A stretch of 39,984 nt of DNA from a virus: positions 1 through 39,984 of the IMG/VR virus record IMGVR_UViG_3300045988_010917, one strand, 5' to 3'. Position 1 is the stretch's first letter. Each line of letters opens with the position of its first letter. Below the pieces are notes generated by a model. It saw only the letters and a program-made list of their open reading frames with translations. It had not been told where the DNA came from and ran no database searches. Below are positions 6,927 to 14,586 of this stretch, in pieces. A program made the position numbers and the translations under genes.

Positions 6927-7568
6927 ATGGCAAGAAACTATGCTGCACTCCCCTATGACTATTTAGAGGAGATGGAAGCACTCAACGATGCAGAGTTCGG
7001 GCGGCTAACGCGGGCATTGCTGGTATACAGCATGACGGGAGAGCAGTTGGCGCTCTGTGGCAATGAGAGATTTTATGCCAAGCGCGTAATGGCGCAGGAG
7101 GATCGGTTTAAGGCGAGCTATGACGACATTTCTACCACCCGGCGCGAGGCGGGCAAGGCCGGAGCCGCCGCAAGATGGCAAAATGGCAAACGCATTTTTG
7201 CTAATGGCAAAAATGGCAAAGCCATAGTTGCTAATGGCAAAAATGGCAATACCGAAACCAATACCGAAACCAAAACCAATACCAATACCCAGCTATCTAA
7301 CGATAGCAAGGGTGATATACGCGCGAAGCGCTTTACCCCGCCCACCTTGGCAGAGGTGCAGTCCTATGTGGCTGAACGCCATTCCCCGGTGGACCCGCAG
7401 GAATTTATTGATTTCTACGAGTCTAAGGGCTGGATGGTCGGCAAGACCCCCATGAAAAACTGGAAAGCGGCTTGTCGAAATGCCGAGAAGTGGGAAAGAT
7501 GGGCAAAGGCTGCCGATCCAAAGGAAAAGACACCGGACAATAGCCTGGCGGAGTTTATGCGATGGTAG
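6927..7568 (+). CDS. Replication-organizer-like protein (hypothetical) with an internal low-complexity repeat linker.
   Basis: The C-terminal RFTPPTLAEVQSYVAERHSPVDPQEFIDFYESKGWMVGKTPMKNWKAACRNAEKW segment is common in phage replication proteins. The central ANGKNGK/TETNTETKTNTNT repeats are encoded by the DNA repeats at 7175-7290. Confidence 0.5.
   Translation: MARNYAALPYDYLEEMEALNDAEFGRLTRALLVYSMTGEQLALCGNERFYAKRVMAQEDRFKASYDDISTTRREAGKAGAAARWQNGKRIFANGKNGKAIVANGKNGNTETNTETKTNTNTQLSNDSKGDIRAKRFTPPTLAEVQSYVAERHSPVDPQEFIDFYESKGWMVGKTPMKNWKAACRNAEKWERWAKAADPKEKTPDNSLAEFMRW
7175..7290. repeat. Iteron-like direct repeats inside the organizer-like gene (candidate origin).
   Basis: The 22-nt unit TTGCTAATGGCAAAAATGGCAA occurs at 7198-7219 and 7228-7249. 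The array carries six ATGGCAA(A/T) copies, each TTTGCtaatgGCAAA being quasi-palindromic. ACCGAAACCAAT-type repeats follow at 7251-7289. Confidence 0.6.
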
Positions 7569-7575
7569 GAGGGCG

Positions 7576-8271
7576 ATGGAAGTGAAGCATTTAGGAGATA
7601 TTTGCAAAATCAACGGCGCAGAAATTGAAATCGTGGATGTTATCACGGGCGGATCGCCGTGCCAAGATTTGAGCATCGCGGGAAAACGCGCAGGATTGGC
7701 GGGAGCAAGGAGCGGCCTGTTTATGGAGCAGGTACGCATCGTAAAAGAAATGAGAGCGGAGGACAAACGGAATGGACGGACAGGTGACATGGTCAGACCT
7801 CGGTTTATGGTCTGGGAAAATGTGCCCGGAGCTTTCAGCAGCAACAAAGGAAAAGACTTCGCGGCAGTCCTCGAAGAGATCATCCGCATCGCAGAGCCGG
7901 AAGCCCCCGATATTGAAGTGCCTGAAAAAGGATGGCCAACTTGGGGGGGCTACCACGATGAAGTGGGAGGACGATGGAGCGTGGCTTGGCGATTGCATGA
8001 CGCGCAACACTGGGGAGTCCCCCAACGCCGCCGTCGCATCTCGGTTGTCGCAGATTTTGGAGGCGACACCGCAGGAGAAATACTCTTTGAGCGCAAAAGC
8101 GTGTCAAGGCATCCTGCGGAGAGCGGAACGGCGCGGGAAAGACTTGCCGACGGTGCTGAAAGCGGTTTTAATCCGGCAGTCGCAAGGAGCCTTACCGCAA
8201 GAGCGGACGGAAGCCCCTGCGCCGACAGAGGCCCCAACATCGTATGCAGTCCGCATCAGGGGGGGCTGTGA
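7576..8271 (+). CDS. DNA (cytosine-5) methyltransferase, first ORF. It carries motifs IV, VI and VIII and has no motif I at its N-terminus.
   Basis: GGSPCQDLS (7648-7674), ENVPG (7816-), QRRRR (8023-8037), then ILFERKSVS...SPCADRGPNIV. The start MEVKHLGDICKING follows AGGAGGG. The stop lies just after a G7 tract (8259-8265). Confidence 0.85.
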   Translation: MEVKHLGDICKINGAEIEIVDVITGGSPCQDLSIAGKRAGLAGARSGLFMEQVRIVKEMRAEDKRNGRTGDMVRPRFMVWENVPGAFSSNKGKDFAAVLEEIIRIAEPEAPDIEVPEKGWPTWGGYHDEVGGRWSVAWRLHDAQHWGVPQRRRRISVVADFGGDTAGEILFERKSVSRHPAESGTARERLADGAESGFNPAVARSLTARADGSPCADRGPNIVCSPHQGGL

Positions 8272-9448
8272 TGGAGGAGGAAAAGGAGCCTTAGTTCAAG
8301 AGGACAAGAGCGGGACGCTCGGCACCGGCAACGACCAGACGATTTTCTGCCTTGTAACACAGCAAGGCGGTGCGGAACTGCGGATGGATGACCGCGCATC
8401 TGCATTGACTGCGGCGGCTGGCATGAGTGGGAACAATCAGCCAGTAGTGGCTATGCCCATCAACGACAAAGCCACCAGATGGCAGGGCGGTGGAGAGAGC
8501 CGCAACCACGATGGAAGCGGAAACGGTCTTGGCATCGGAAAAGAGGGCGACCCGTCTCCTACGCTGACTGCCGGCGACCGACACGGGGTGATGTGTATGA
8601 CACCTTGGGACGCACAGAGCCAGCGCGTATACGATGGTGACGGCGTTTATCCTACGCTCAGTTCCCGTGAAAACAGTGGGCTGAACCGCGAATCTGTGCT
8701 ATGTGCCGGGTTTAAGGCCGGACAGGGCGCACAGGCGGGCGGCATCGGGTACAGTGAGGAAGTATCACCCACGCTGGCGGCGGCGCCCAGCGGGACGAAC
8801 CAAACCCCGGCGGTGGTTGCACTGGATATGTCGCACGCTTGCGATGTCATCCGAGACTGCGGCGAGATCGTTCCGAGTCTGCAAGCAAGGATGGGCACGG
8901 GCGGCAATCAAGTGCCGCTGACGTATCAGCAAACGACAGGTACGCTTTCTCCCGGTGCTCATGCCGGAAGCTACAACGGGCAGGACGCATACAACGATAT
9001 GTTGGTATGCGGGGCCACACCGGATGTGGCACACGCGCTGCGAGCAAAGGCGAACTGCGCTTATCGGGAGGACGCGGAGACATACCCCGTGCAGAACATG
9101 GTGGTGCGCCGCCTGACTCCGATGGAGTGCGAACGGCTGCAAGGTTTCCCGGACGGATGGACTGACATTGGTGAGTGGCGCGACGGCAAGGGAAAAATAC
9201 GCAAGCCAAGCGACAGCCCGCGCTATAAGGCACTGGGCAACTCCATCGCCCTGCCCTTCTGGGATTTCCTGGCAAAGCGTATCAGTGCGCAATATCTTCG
9301 CCCTGTTACGATGGGCAGCCTGTTTGACGGTATCGGCGGATTTCCGCTGGTGTTCGAGCGGCACAACGGCAAGGAAACGGCTCGTTGGGCAAGCGAGATC
9401 GAGGAATTTCCTATCGCCGTGACGAAACTGAGATTTGGGGAGGATTGA
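7772..9448 (+). CDS. DNA (cytosine-5) methyltransferase, second ORF (other frame). It carries the variable/target-recognition region, motifs IX-X, then the permuted motifs I-II at the C-terminus.
   Basis: The MTase-type sequence is clear from about 8243 (YAVRIRGGCDGGGKGALVQ). RRLTPMECERLQGFPDGWT starts at about 9107. YKALGNSIALPF is at 9224-9259. MGSLFDGIGGFPL is at 9311-9349 and SEIEEFP at 9391-9411. The true start of this frame is unknown; the ORF is open from 7772. Confidence 0.8.
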   Translation: MDGQVTWSDLGLWSGKMCPELSAATKEKTSRQSSKRSSASQSRKPPILKCLKKDGQLGGATTMKWEDDGAWLGDCMTRNTGESPNAAVASRLSQILEATPQEKYSLSAKACQGILRRAERRGKDLPTVLKAVLIRQSQGALPQERTEAPAPTEAPTSYAVRIRGGCDGGGKGALVQEDKSGTLGTGNDQTIFCLVTQQGGAELRMDDRASALTAAAGMSGNNQPVVAMPINDKATRWQGGGESRNHDGSGNGLGIGKEGDPSPTLTAGDRHGVMCMTPWDAQSQRVYDGDGVYPTLSSRENSGLNRESVLCAGFKAGQGAQAGGIGYSEEVSPTLAAAPSGTNQTPAVVALDMSHACDVIRDCGEIVPSLQARMGTGGNQVPLTYQQTTGTLSPGAHAGSYNGQDAYNDMLVCGATPDVAHALRAKANCAYREDAETYPVQNMVVRRLTPMECERLQGFPDGWTDIGEWRDGKGKIRKPSDSPRYKALGNSIALPFWDFLAKRISAQYLRPVTMGSLFDGIGGFPLVFERHNGKETARWASEIEEFPIAVTKLRFGED

Positions 9449-9449
9449 C

Positions 9450-9755
9450 ATGACCACATTACGCATGATTCCCGGCATTACATACTCCCGGAAAAACATT
9501 GAAGCATTGACCGGGATGCCGGACAGAGAGAACAGGCGAATGATCCGGGAGCAGCGGCGGCAGGGGGTGCCCATTGTGGCGCTGAAGGACGGCGGATACC
9601 GCCTTGCCGAGACCGACGAGGACAAGAAGGCGCTGCTGGACATGTACCGCAAGCGGGCTCTGGACGAGCTGGCCACATACAGCAGGCTTGCAAAGGCCAT
9701 GCAGGTGCCGGGACAGATGACCGTGGAGGAGCTGCTGGACGGATTGGCGGTGTGA
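9450..9755 (+). CDS. Hypothetical protein (possible winged-helix).
   Basis: ATG follows GGGGAGGA, 1 nt after the MTase stop. It lies between the MTase and the radical-SAM gene. Confidence 0.6.
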   Translation: MTTLRMIPGITYSRKNIEALTGMPDRENRRMIREQRRQGVPIVALKDGGYRLAETDEDKKALLDMYRKRALDELATYSRLAKAMQVPGQMTVEELLDGLAV

Positions 9756-9764
9756 GGTAGTTAT

Positions 9765-10649
9765 ATGAACATTGGACTTATCGATGTTGACGGGCACAAT
9801 TTCCCGAACCTTGCTTTGATGCGGCTGGCCGCATATCACAAATCGCGGGGAGACAGCGTGGAATGGTGGGATGGTTTTACGCACTATGATCGGGTATACA
9901 AAAGCAAGGTATTCACATTTTCCCCGGACGAGGAAACATGCATCAATGCTGACGAGATCATCTCGGGCGGGACGGGATACAAGGATTATGGACACCTGCC
10001 GGAAGAGATCGAACGGACATTCCCGGATTACTCACTGTACCCCGCATGGAAACCGGCGATAGGTTTTTTAACACGCGGGTGCATTCGAAACTGCCCGTGG
10101 TGTATCGTGCCGAAAAAAGAGGGACATATCCGTCCTGCTGCTACATGGGAAGAAGTGAAACGCCCGGATAGCCGCGACATCGTGTTTATGGACAACAATG
10201 TGCTTGCGTCCGACCACGGGTTAGAGCAGATCGAGAGAATGGGACATGAGAATGTCCGTGTAGATTTCAATCAAGGATTGGATGCAAGGCTCATCACAAG
10301 GGAAGTGGCAGAGCTGCTCTACCAACTCAAATGGATACGATTTATCCGCATGAGCTGTGACACATCTGCCATGCTGCCTGTGATTGGACAAGCAGCCAAA
10401 TATCTTACAGAGGCCGGCGTTTCGCCGTGGAGACTGTGGTGCTATGTGCTTGTGCAGGAGGATGTAAGAGAAGCTTGGAGAAGGATATACGAACTGGATT
10501 TGATGGGTATAGAAACATTTGCGCAACCCTATAGAGACTATAACGGAGGAGAACCTACAGCGGAGCAAAAACGGTTTGCAAGGTGGGTAAACAACAAAGC
10601 TGCCTTTAGGAGCTGCTCATTTCCCGATTTTGAGGTGGGACGGAAATGA
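9765..10649 (+). CDS. Radical SAM superfamily protein with a B12-binding-like N-terminal region.
   Basis: CxxxCxxC cluster in FLTRGCIRNCPWCIVPKK. The N-terminus MNIGLIDVDGHNFPNLALMRLAAYHKSRGDSVEW is typical of COG1032-type Fe-S oxidoreductases. Confidence 0.75.
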   Translation: MNIGLIDVDGHNFPNLALMRLAAYHKSRGDSVEWWDGFTHYDRVYKSKVFTFSPDEETCINADEIISGGTGYKDYGHLPEEIERTFPDYSLYPAWKPAIGFLTRGCIRNCPWCIVPKKEGHIRPAATWEEVKRPDSRDIVFMDNNVLASDHGLEQIERMGHENVRVDFNQGLDARLITREVAELLYQLKWIRFIRMSCDTSAMLPVIGQAAKYLTEAGVSPWRLWCYVLVQEDVREAWRRIYELDLMGIETFAQPYRDYNGGEPTAEQKRFARWVNNKAAFRSCSFPDFEVGRK

Positions 10650-10837
10650 CAATCTATATGCGAGTAAGCCGGGACAAGTACGAGCTTCCGGATGCCGTTT
10701 CGGAATCTATCATCGAGCTGGCCAACATTTGCGGCGTCAGCTGGCGGACGATCTACCGGGCCGTGTACAGCGTCAAGCGTACCAAAGGACGGCCCAAGTA
10801 TGTGGCTGTACCGATAGGGGAGGGAGACGATGATTGA
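10646..10837 (+). CDS. Small HTH-like protein (hypothetical).
   Basis: ATGA overlap with the upstream gene. Sequence: ELANICGVSWRTIYRAVYSVKR. Confidence 0.55.
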   Translation: MTIYMRVSRDKYELPDAVSESIIELANICGVSWRTIYRAVYSVKRTKGRPKYVAVPIGEGDDD

Positions 10838-11243
10838 GATCACGGTGCCGCTGGCACCCGTCACAAAGAAAAACTCTATGCGGATCGTGCGCAACAGAAA
10901 AACGGGGAAGCGGCGTATCATGCCGTCCCAGCAGTATATGGACTACGAGGCGGAAGCTGTATGGCACTGCAAAAGGGCCAAAGTGCAGCGTCCCATTGAG
11001 GAGCCTGTGGAGGTCAAATGCCTGTTTTATATGCCTACCAGGCGGCGAGTGGATTTGACAAATCTGCTGGAATCCATCGACGATGTGCTGGTGAAGTCTG
11101 GCGTGCTCAAGGACGACCACAGCGGCATTATCGTTAGCCACGACGGGAGTCGGGTGCTGTACGACAAGGATAACCCACGGACAGTATTGTTTATCCGGGA
11201 GATGGAGGACATGGATGCTACAACCCGAGATGCGCGTATGTAA
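10830..11243 (+). CDS. rusA: RusA-family Holliday junction resolvase.
   Basis: ITVPLAPVTKKNSMRI...DLTNLLESIDDVLVKSGVLKDDHSGII is the RusA pattern (catalytic acidic residues in D-x-x-N/D-x-L). Confidence 0.8.
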   Translation: MIEITVPLAPVTKKNSMRIVRNRKTGKRRIMPSQQYMDYEAEAVWHCKRAKVQRPIEEPVEVKCLFYMPTRRRVDLTNLLESIDDVLVKSGVLKDDHSGIIVSHDGSRVLYDKDNPRTVLFIREMEDMDATTRDARM

Positions 11244-11595
11244 GCGCTGCGGCATGGAAAAGCCAATCACAAACTACTACAAAAAAGGTGAAAACAAGTG
11301 GAGGACAACTTGCAAACAGTGTGAGGCGATCGTCGGAAAGATGCGCCGGATAAGCGAAAAGATGCTCACAAACCAAAACAACGTGGAAAGCAGGGGGACG
11401 CTCTGCTGGAGATGTAAAAAAGCTGTTGGGCGCTGCGCCTGGACGGAGCTGGATAGCTCCAAAAATGTACGCTTTGAGCCGGTGCCGGGATGGGTGGCGG
11501 TAAAATCGTCCGGCATGCCAGGCCGCAAGTCAGAGTCTTACTTGGTGCTAAGCTGCCCGGAGTTTGAGGCGGACGAAAGGAGGCCGTGCGAGTGA
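11215..11595 (+). CDS. Cys-rich zinc-finger protein (hypothetical).
   Basis: CKRCG...CKQC...CWRC...C motifs. It sits in an operon with its neighbours. Confidence 0.6.
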   Translation: MLQPEMRVCKRCGMEKPITNYYKKGENKWRTTCKQCEAIVGKMRRISEKMLTNQNNVESRGTLCWRCKKAVGRCAWTELDSSKNVRFEPVPGWVAVKSSGMPGRKSESYLVLSCPEFEADERRPCE

Positions 11596-12176
11596 ATGAT
11601 TTTGACTACGACTGCATGCAGAAAAAGCGTGTGGCACGAGGGGCATTTGCTCACATCAACAGAAAACGCGGAGGGTGTGCGCTCCCCAGCGACACCCTCA
11701 CCGAAAAGCAGAGGAAGGAGAAAAACGGAGAAGTGAAAAGCTATAATATCACGCGGCCTATGCCGTGGCGGGAATTTAAGGCAATGCCGGAGGATCTGAA
11801 ACGCGAGTTTTTCCGCAACATGCAATCTTTCGGTGGTACGGCCAAATGGCTGGCGGAGGAAATGGACGCTTGTGATGCAACGATACGCCGCGAGGCGGAA
11901 TTAGTAGGTGCGCCATTCCGGCGCGGTGGCCGGAACGAAAAAATGTGGCAGAGCAAAGTTGCAGAGTGGGCTAACGCGGATGCGGTGGCCGCACATACGG
12001 AAGATGCGCAGGTTGAGGGGGGGCACATCATCTCCGATGCGCCAAAATCCGAAAAGCCGAATACCGGCGTAAAGCTGCTACATGCCCGGCTGGAGATGAG
12101 CGGAGACCGGGAAGCCTTGCTGGCGAATCTGCGGGTGCTGATGCCGGATGAAGGGCAGGTGACGGTGGAATGGTGA
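11586..12176 (+). CDS. Hypothetical protein.
   Basis: Long ORF in the same operon. A GTG start lies near GGAGG. Confidence 0.6.
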   Translation: MRVNDFDYDCMQKKRVARGAFAHINRKRGGCALPSDTLTEKQRKEKNGEVKSYNITRPMPWREFKAMPEDLKREFFRNMQSFGGTAKWLAEEMDACDATIRREAELVGAPFRRGGRNEKMWQSKVAEWANADAVAAHTEDAQVEGGHIISDAPKSEKPNTGVKLLHARLEMSGDREALLANLRVLMPDEGQVTVEW

Positions 12177-12619
12177 AAAGAAGCGTGTTAATCGCGGCGC
12201 TGCTTGTAGCAATCTTGGGGGCCTTGGGCATTGCGTCTGCCACAGAGGACATCGGGCAAACGCCGGAGACTGTAGTTGTGCCGCCGAGGGTGGTTCTGCC
12301 CCGCGATGAGCCGCAGGAGGCCCGGGAGACGCGGACGTGCGTGTTTACCGTCACGGCGTACTGCCCCTGTGAAAAATGCTGTGGGGCGTACGCAAATGGC
12401 TACACAGCCACCGGCGAAAAGGCCACCCAGGGCGTGACGATCGCCGCAGACCCGGATGTGCTGCCGATGGGTACGGAAATCGAACTGGACGGCCACACAT
12501 ATACCGTGCAGGACACCGGCGGAGCCATTGCCGGGTATCGGCTGGATTTGTATTTTGACAGCCACGAGGACGCCTTGCGGTGGGGAGTGCGGGAAAAGAT
12601 CGTGAGGTTGGCCGAATGA
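12170..12619 (+). CDS. Secreted or membrane-anchored 3D-domain protein (RlpA-like double-psi beta-barrel; peptidoglycan-acting).
   Basis: N-terminal signal/TM segment VLIAALLVAILGALGIASA. The 3D-domain core is FTVTAYCPCEKCCG...TATGEKATQGVTIAADPDVLPMGTEIELDGHTYTVQDTGGAIAGYRLDLYFDSHEDALRWG. Confidence 0.75.
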   Translation: MVKRSVLIAALLVAILGALGIASATEDIGQTPETVVVPPRVVLPRDEPQEARETRTCVFTVTAYCPCEKCCGAYANGYTATGEKATQGVTIAADPDVLPMGTEIELDGHTYTVQDTGGAIAGYRLDLYFDSHEDALRWGVREKIVRLAE

Positions 12620-12816
12620 AAAGCCCCTGCGTAAAAGATTGCCCGGACAGGCTCCCCTGCGGGGCCTGCCGGAAGAGCTGCGAGGCGTTCCGGGCGTATG
12701 AGGCCAAGCGGCTGGAGGAAAAGCCCTGGGTGGATCAAGCTAACACCGCCGCCCGGGAGCGCTATGTGCGGCAGAGCGCGAGGTTTGCAAAGGCCGGAAA
12801 ACGACACATGAGATAG
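12616..12816 (+). CDS. Small Cys-rich protein (hypothetical).
   Basis: MKSPCVKDCPDRLPCGACRKSCEAF. It has an ATGA overlap with the upstream gene. Confidence 0.55.
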   Translation: MKSPCVKDCPDRLPCGACRKSCEAFRAYEAKRLEEKPWVDQANTAARERYVRQSARFAKAGKRHMR

Positions 12817-12838
12817 CATGAGATAGGAGGTTGACAAT

Positions 12839-13165
12839 ATGGATGCTGTGAAGTTTGTAGAGGAGCGCAGAAGAATGTTTGCTGTGACAGGGGAGAACCC
12901 GAAGTATAGCTTATTCAACATGAACACTTGCGCCGAGGACGTCGTAAAAGAAGTCGAGGAATGGTCTGCCGCACACCCGCGCAAGACACGACAGAGCGTG
13001 TTTCTGGAACAGTACCCGGAGGCACGCATCGGAGATAATGGTGTGTTGCATGTAGATCCCTGCTCGATTTCCGCGTCGCACAGAAATGCAAGCGGTAGCT
13101 GCGCAACTATGAAACGCGAATGCGCGGACTGCCGCCGCGAGTTCTGGATGCAGGAGGTGGAGTGA
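12839..13165 (+). CDS. Hypothetical protein.
   Basis: ORF with AGGAGG upstream, in the same strand operon. Confidence 0.6.
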   Translation: MDAVKFVEERRRMFAVTGENPKYSLFNMNTCAEDVVKEVEEWSAAHPRKTRQSVFLEQYPEARIGDNGVLHVDPCSISASHRNASGSCATMKRECADCRREFWMQEVE

Positions 13166-13166
13166 A

Positions 13167-13358
13167 ATGACAAAACAAGAAGCTGCTACTATGTTAGTGC
13201 AGTTGTATGCAGACTACTCTACCTTGTGCGACAAATATGCGTGGTCTCCCAGTGATGGGATGTCAGAGGCAGTAGCAATTGCTGTGCAGTCGTTGCAGGA
13301 GACCGTATTCCTTACCAGCGAGGAAGCGGAGAAAGCATTGGAGGCGATGAAGAAATGA
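13167..13358 (+). CDS. Hypothetical small protein.
   Basis: Tightly packed ORF. The stop overlaps the next start. Confidence 0.5.
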   Translation: MTKQEAATMLVQLYADYSTLCDKYAWSPSDGMSEAVAIAVQSLQETVFLTSEEAEKALEAMKK

Positions 13359-13927
13359 GTAAGTCTGTCATGCTGAGCATCTGCCCCAAGTGGGTGGAGA
13401 AAATCGCCAACGGCGAAAAGACCATTGAGGTGCGAAAGACCCGTCCGAAACTGGAAACGCCGTTTAAGTGCTATATCTACTGTACGCTGCCAAAATATCC
13501 GCACGAGGACTTTATTGCAACGGATTATCCAAAGCCACAGTTTTATGGCGGAGGCAAGGTCATTGCCGAGTTTACCTGTGACCGGATTTACAAGATTGAC
13601 AAGGATAGTACGGATTTTCTTTTTAAGGCCGGGGGCCTATCCGTTTACAAGCAAGCTGCCGAAGAAAAGTGTGGCCTGTGTGTGGCTATGACAGACGATG
13701 AGTTGCACGGCTATCTTGGACATTACCAGGGCTATGGCTGGCATATCTCCGATTTGGTGATCTACGATGAGCCGAAGGAACTGACAGAATTTCACACTTG
13801 GGAAAAATGCAAATCATGCAGCAAAAGCGGGTACGAAAGCACAGCCTGTATCTATGATGAAAATTGCATGATTCCAGCGGCGATTACTAAAGCACCGCAA
13901 AGCTGGTGCTATGTGGAGGAAATGTGA
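13355..13927 (+). CDS. ASCH-domain (PUA-like) protein.
   Basis: LSICPKWVEKIANGEKTIEVRKTRP is the typical ASCH N-terminus. A C-terminal Cys cluster is present. Confidence 0.65.
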   Translation: MSKSVMLSICPKWVEKIANGEKTIEVRKTRPKLETPFKCYIYCTLPKYPHEDFIATDYPKPQFYGGGKVIAEFTCDRIYKIDKDSTDFLFKAGGLSVYKQAAEEKCGLCVAMTDDELHGYLGHYQGYGWHISDLVIYDEPKELTEFHTWEKCKSCSKSGYESTACIYDENCMIPAAITKAPQSWCYVEEM

Positions 13928-14329
13928 ATGAAAAAAATTACTTTTGACGACTTGCGCCAGCTTTTGCTTTACCGGCGCATTGTGAAGTGGAACAACGACC
14001 GCATTGAACTGGACAACGGCGTAAAAATCCGCATTGAAATGACGGACTACGACTGTTGCGCTTATGCGTCCGGTGTATTTAAGAATGTGGTGCTGGATGC
14101 CGCTATCACCAGCGTTTCGGAAATAGAACGCGAAAAATGGGAGGATAGTGATACCTACGGCTGCCGCGCAAGGGTGACAATCATGCACAACATGAACCCT
14201 ATTTGCGAGGCATACGCAAACGCAGACGCTGGGAACGGCGGTTATTACTACTCCATTGCATCGTTTATCGTGACGATGCCCGGTGTAGACGAGGAGGGCG
14301 CGTGCGAGTTCGCAAATAGCGAATTTTAG
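13928..14329 (+). CDS. Hypothetical protein.
   Basis: ORF immediately following the ASCH gene. Confidence 0.55.
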   Translation: MKKITFDDLRQLLLYRRIVKWNNDRIELDNGVKIRIEMTDYDCCAYASGVFKNVVLDAAITSVSEIEREKWEDSDTYGCRARVTIMHNMNPICEAYANADAGNGGYYYSIASFIVTMPGVDEEGACEFANSEF

Positions 14330-14373
14330 GTTCAGGAGTAGGACGGCGCTACTTTTGACAGGAGGATTTTGTG

Positions 14374-14586
14374 ATGACCGAATTAAAACGCTGCCCTGAG
14401 TGCGGTGGAGTTGCAACCGTTATCCATATGTACGATACCTACGATAGAGCAGACTTTGGGTGGGATGCCGGTTGTGGGAGATATAGGGCTGGTGATGGCC
14501 TCCACACAAAGGAGATGAAAGTATCTGGGCTGCCCAGCAAAGAAAAAGCAATCGAAGCATGGAACAGGAGGGCTGACAATGGCTGA
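14374..14586 (+). CDS. Lar-family restriction alleviation protein.
   Basis: LKRCPECGG near the N-terminus and KAIEAWNRRA at the C-terminus match the Lar family pattern. Confidence 0.65.
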   Translation: MTELKRCPECGGVATVIHMYDTYDRADFGWDAGCGRYRAGDGLHTKEMKVSGLPSKEKAIEAWNRRADNG

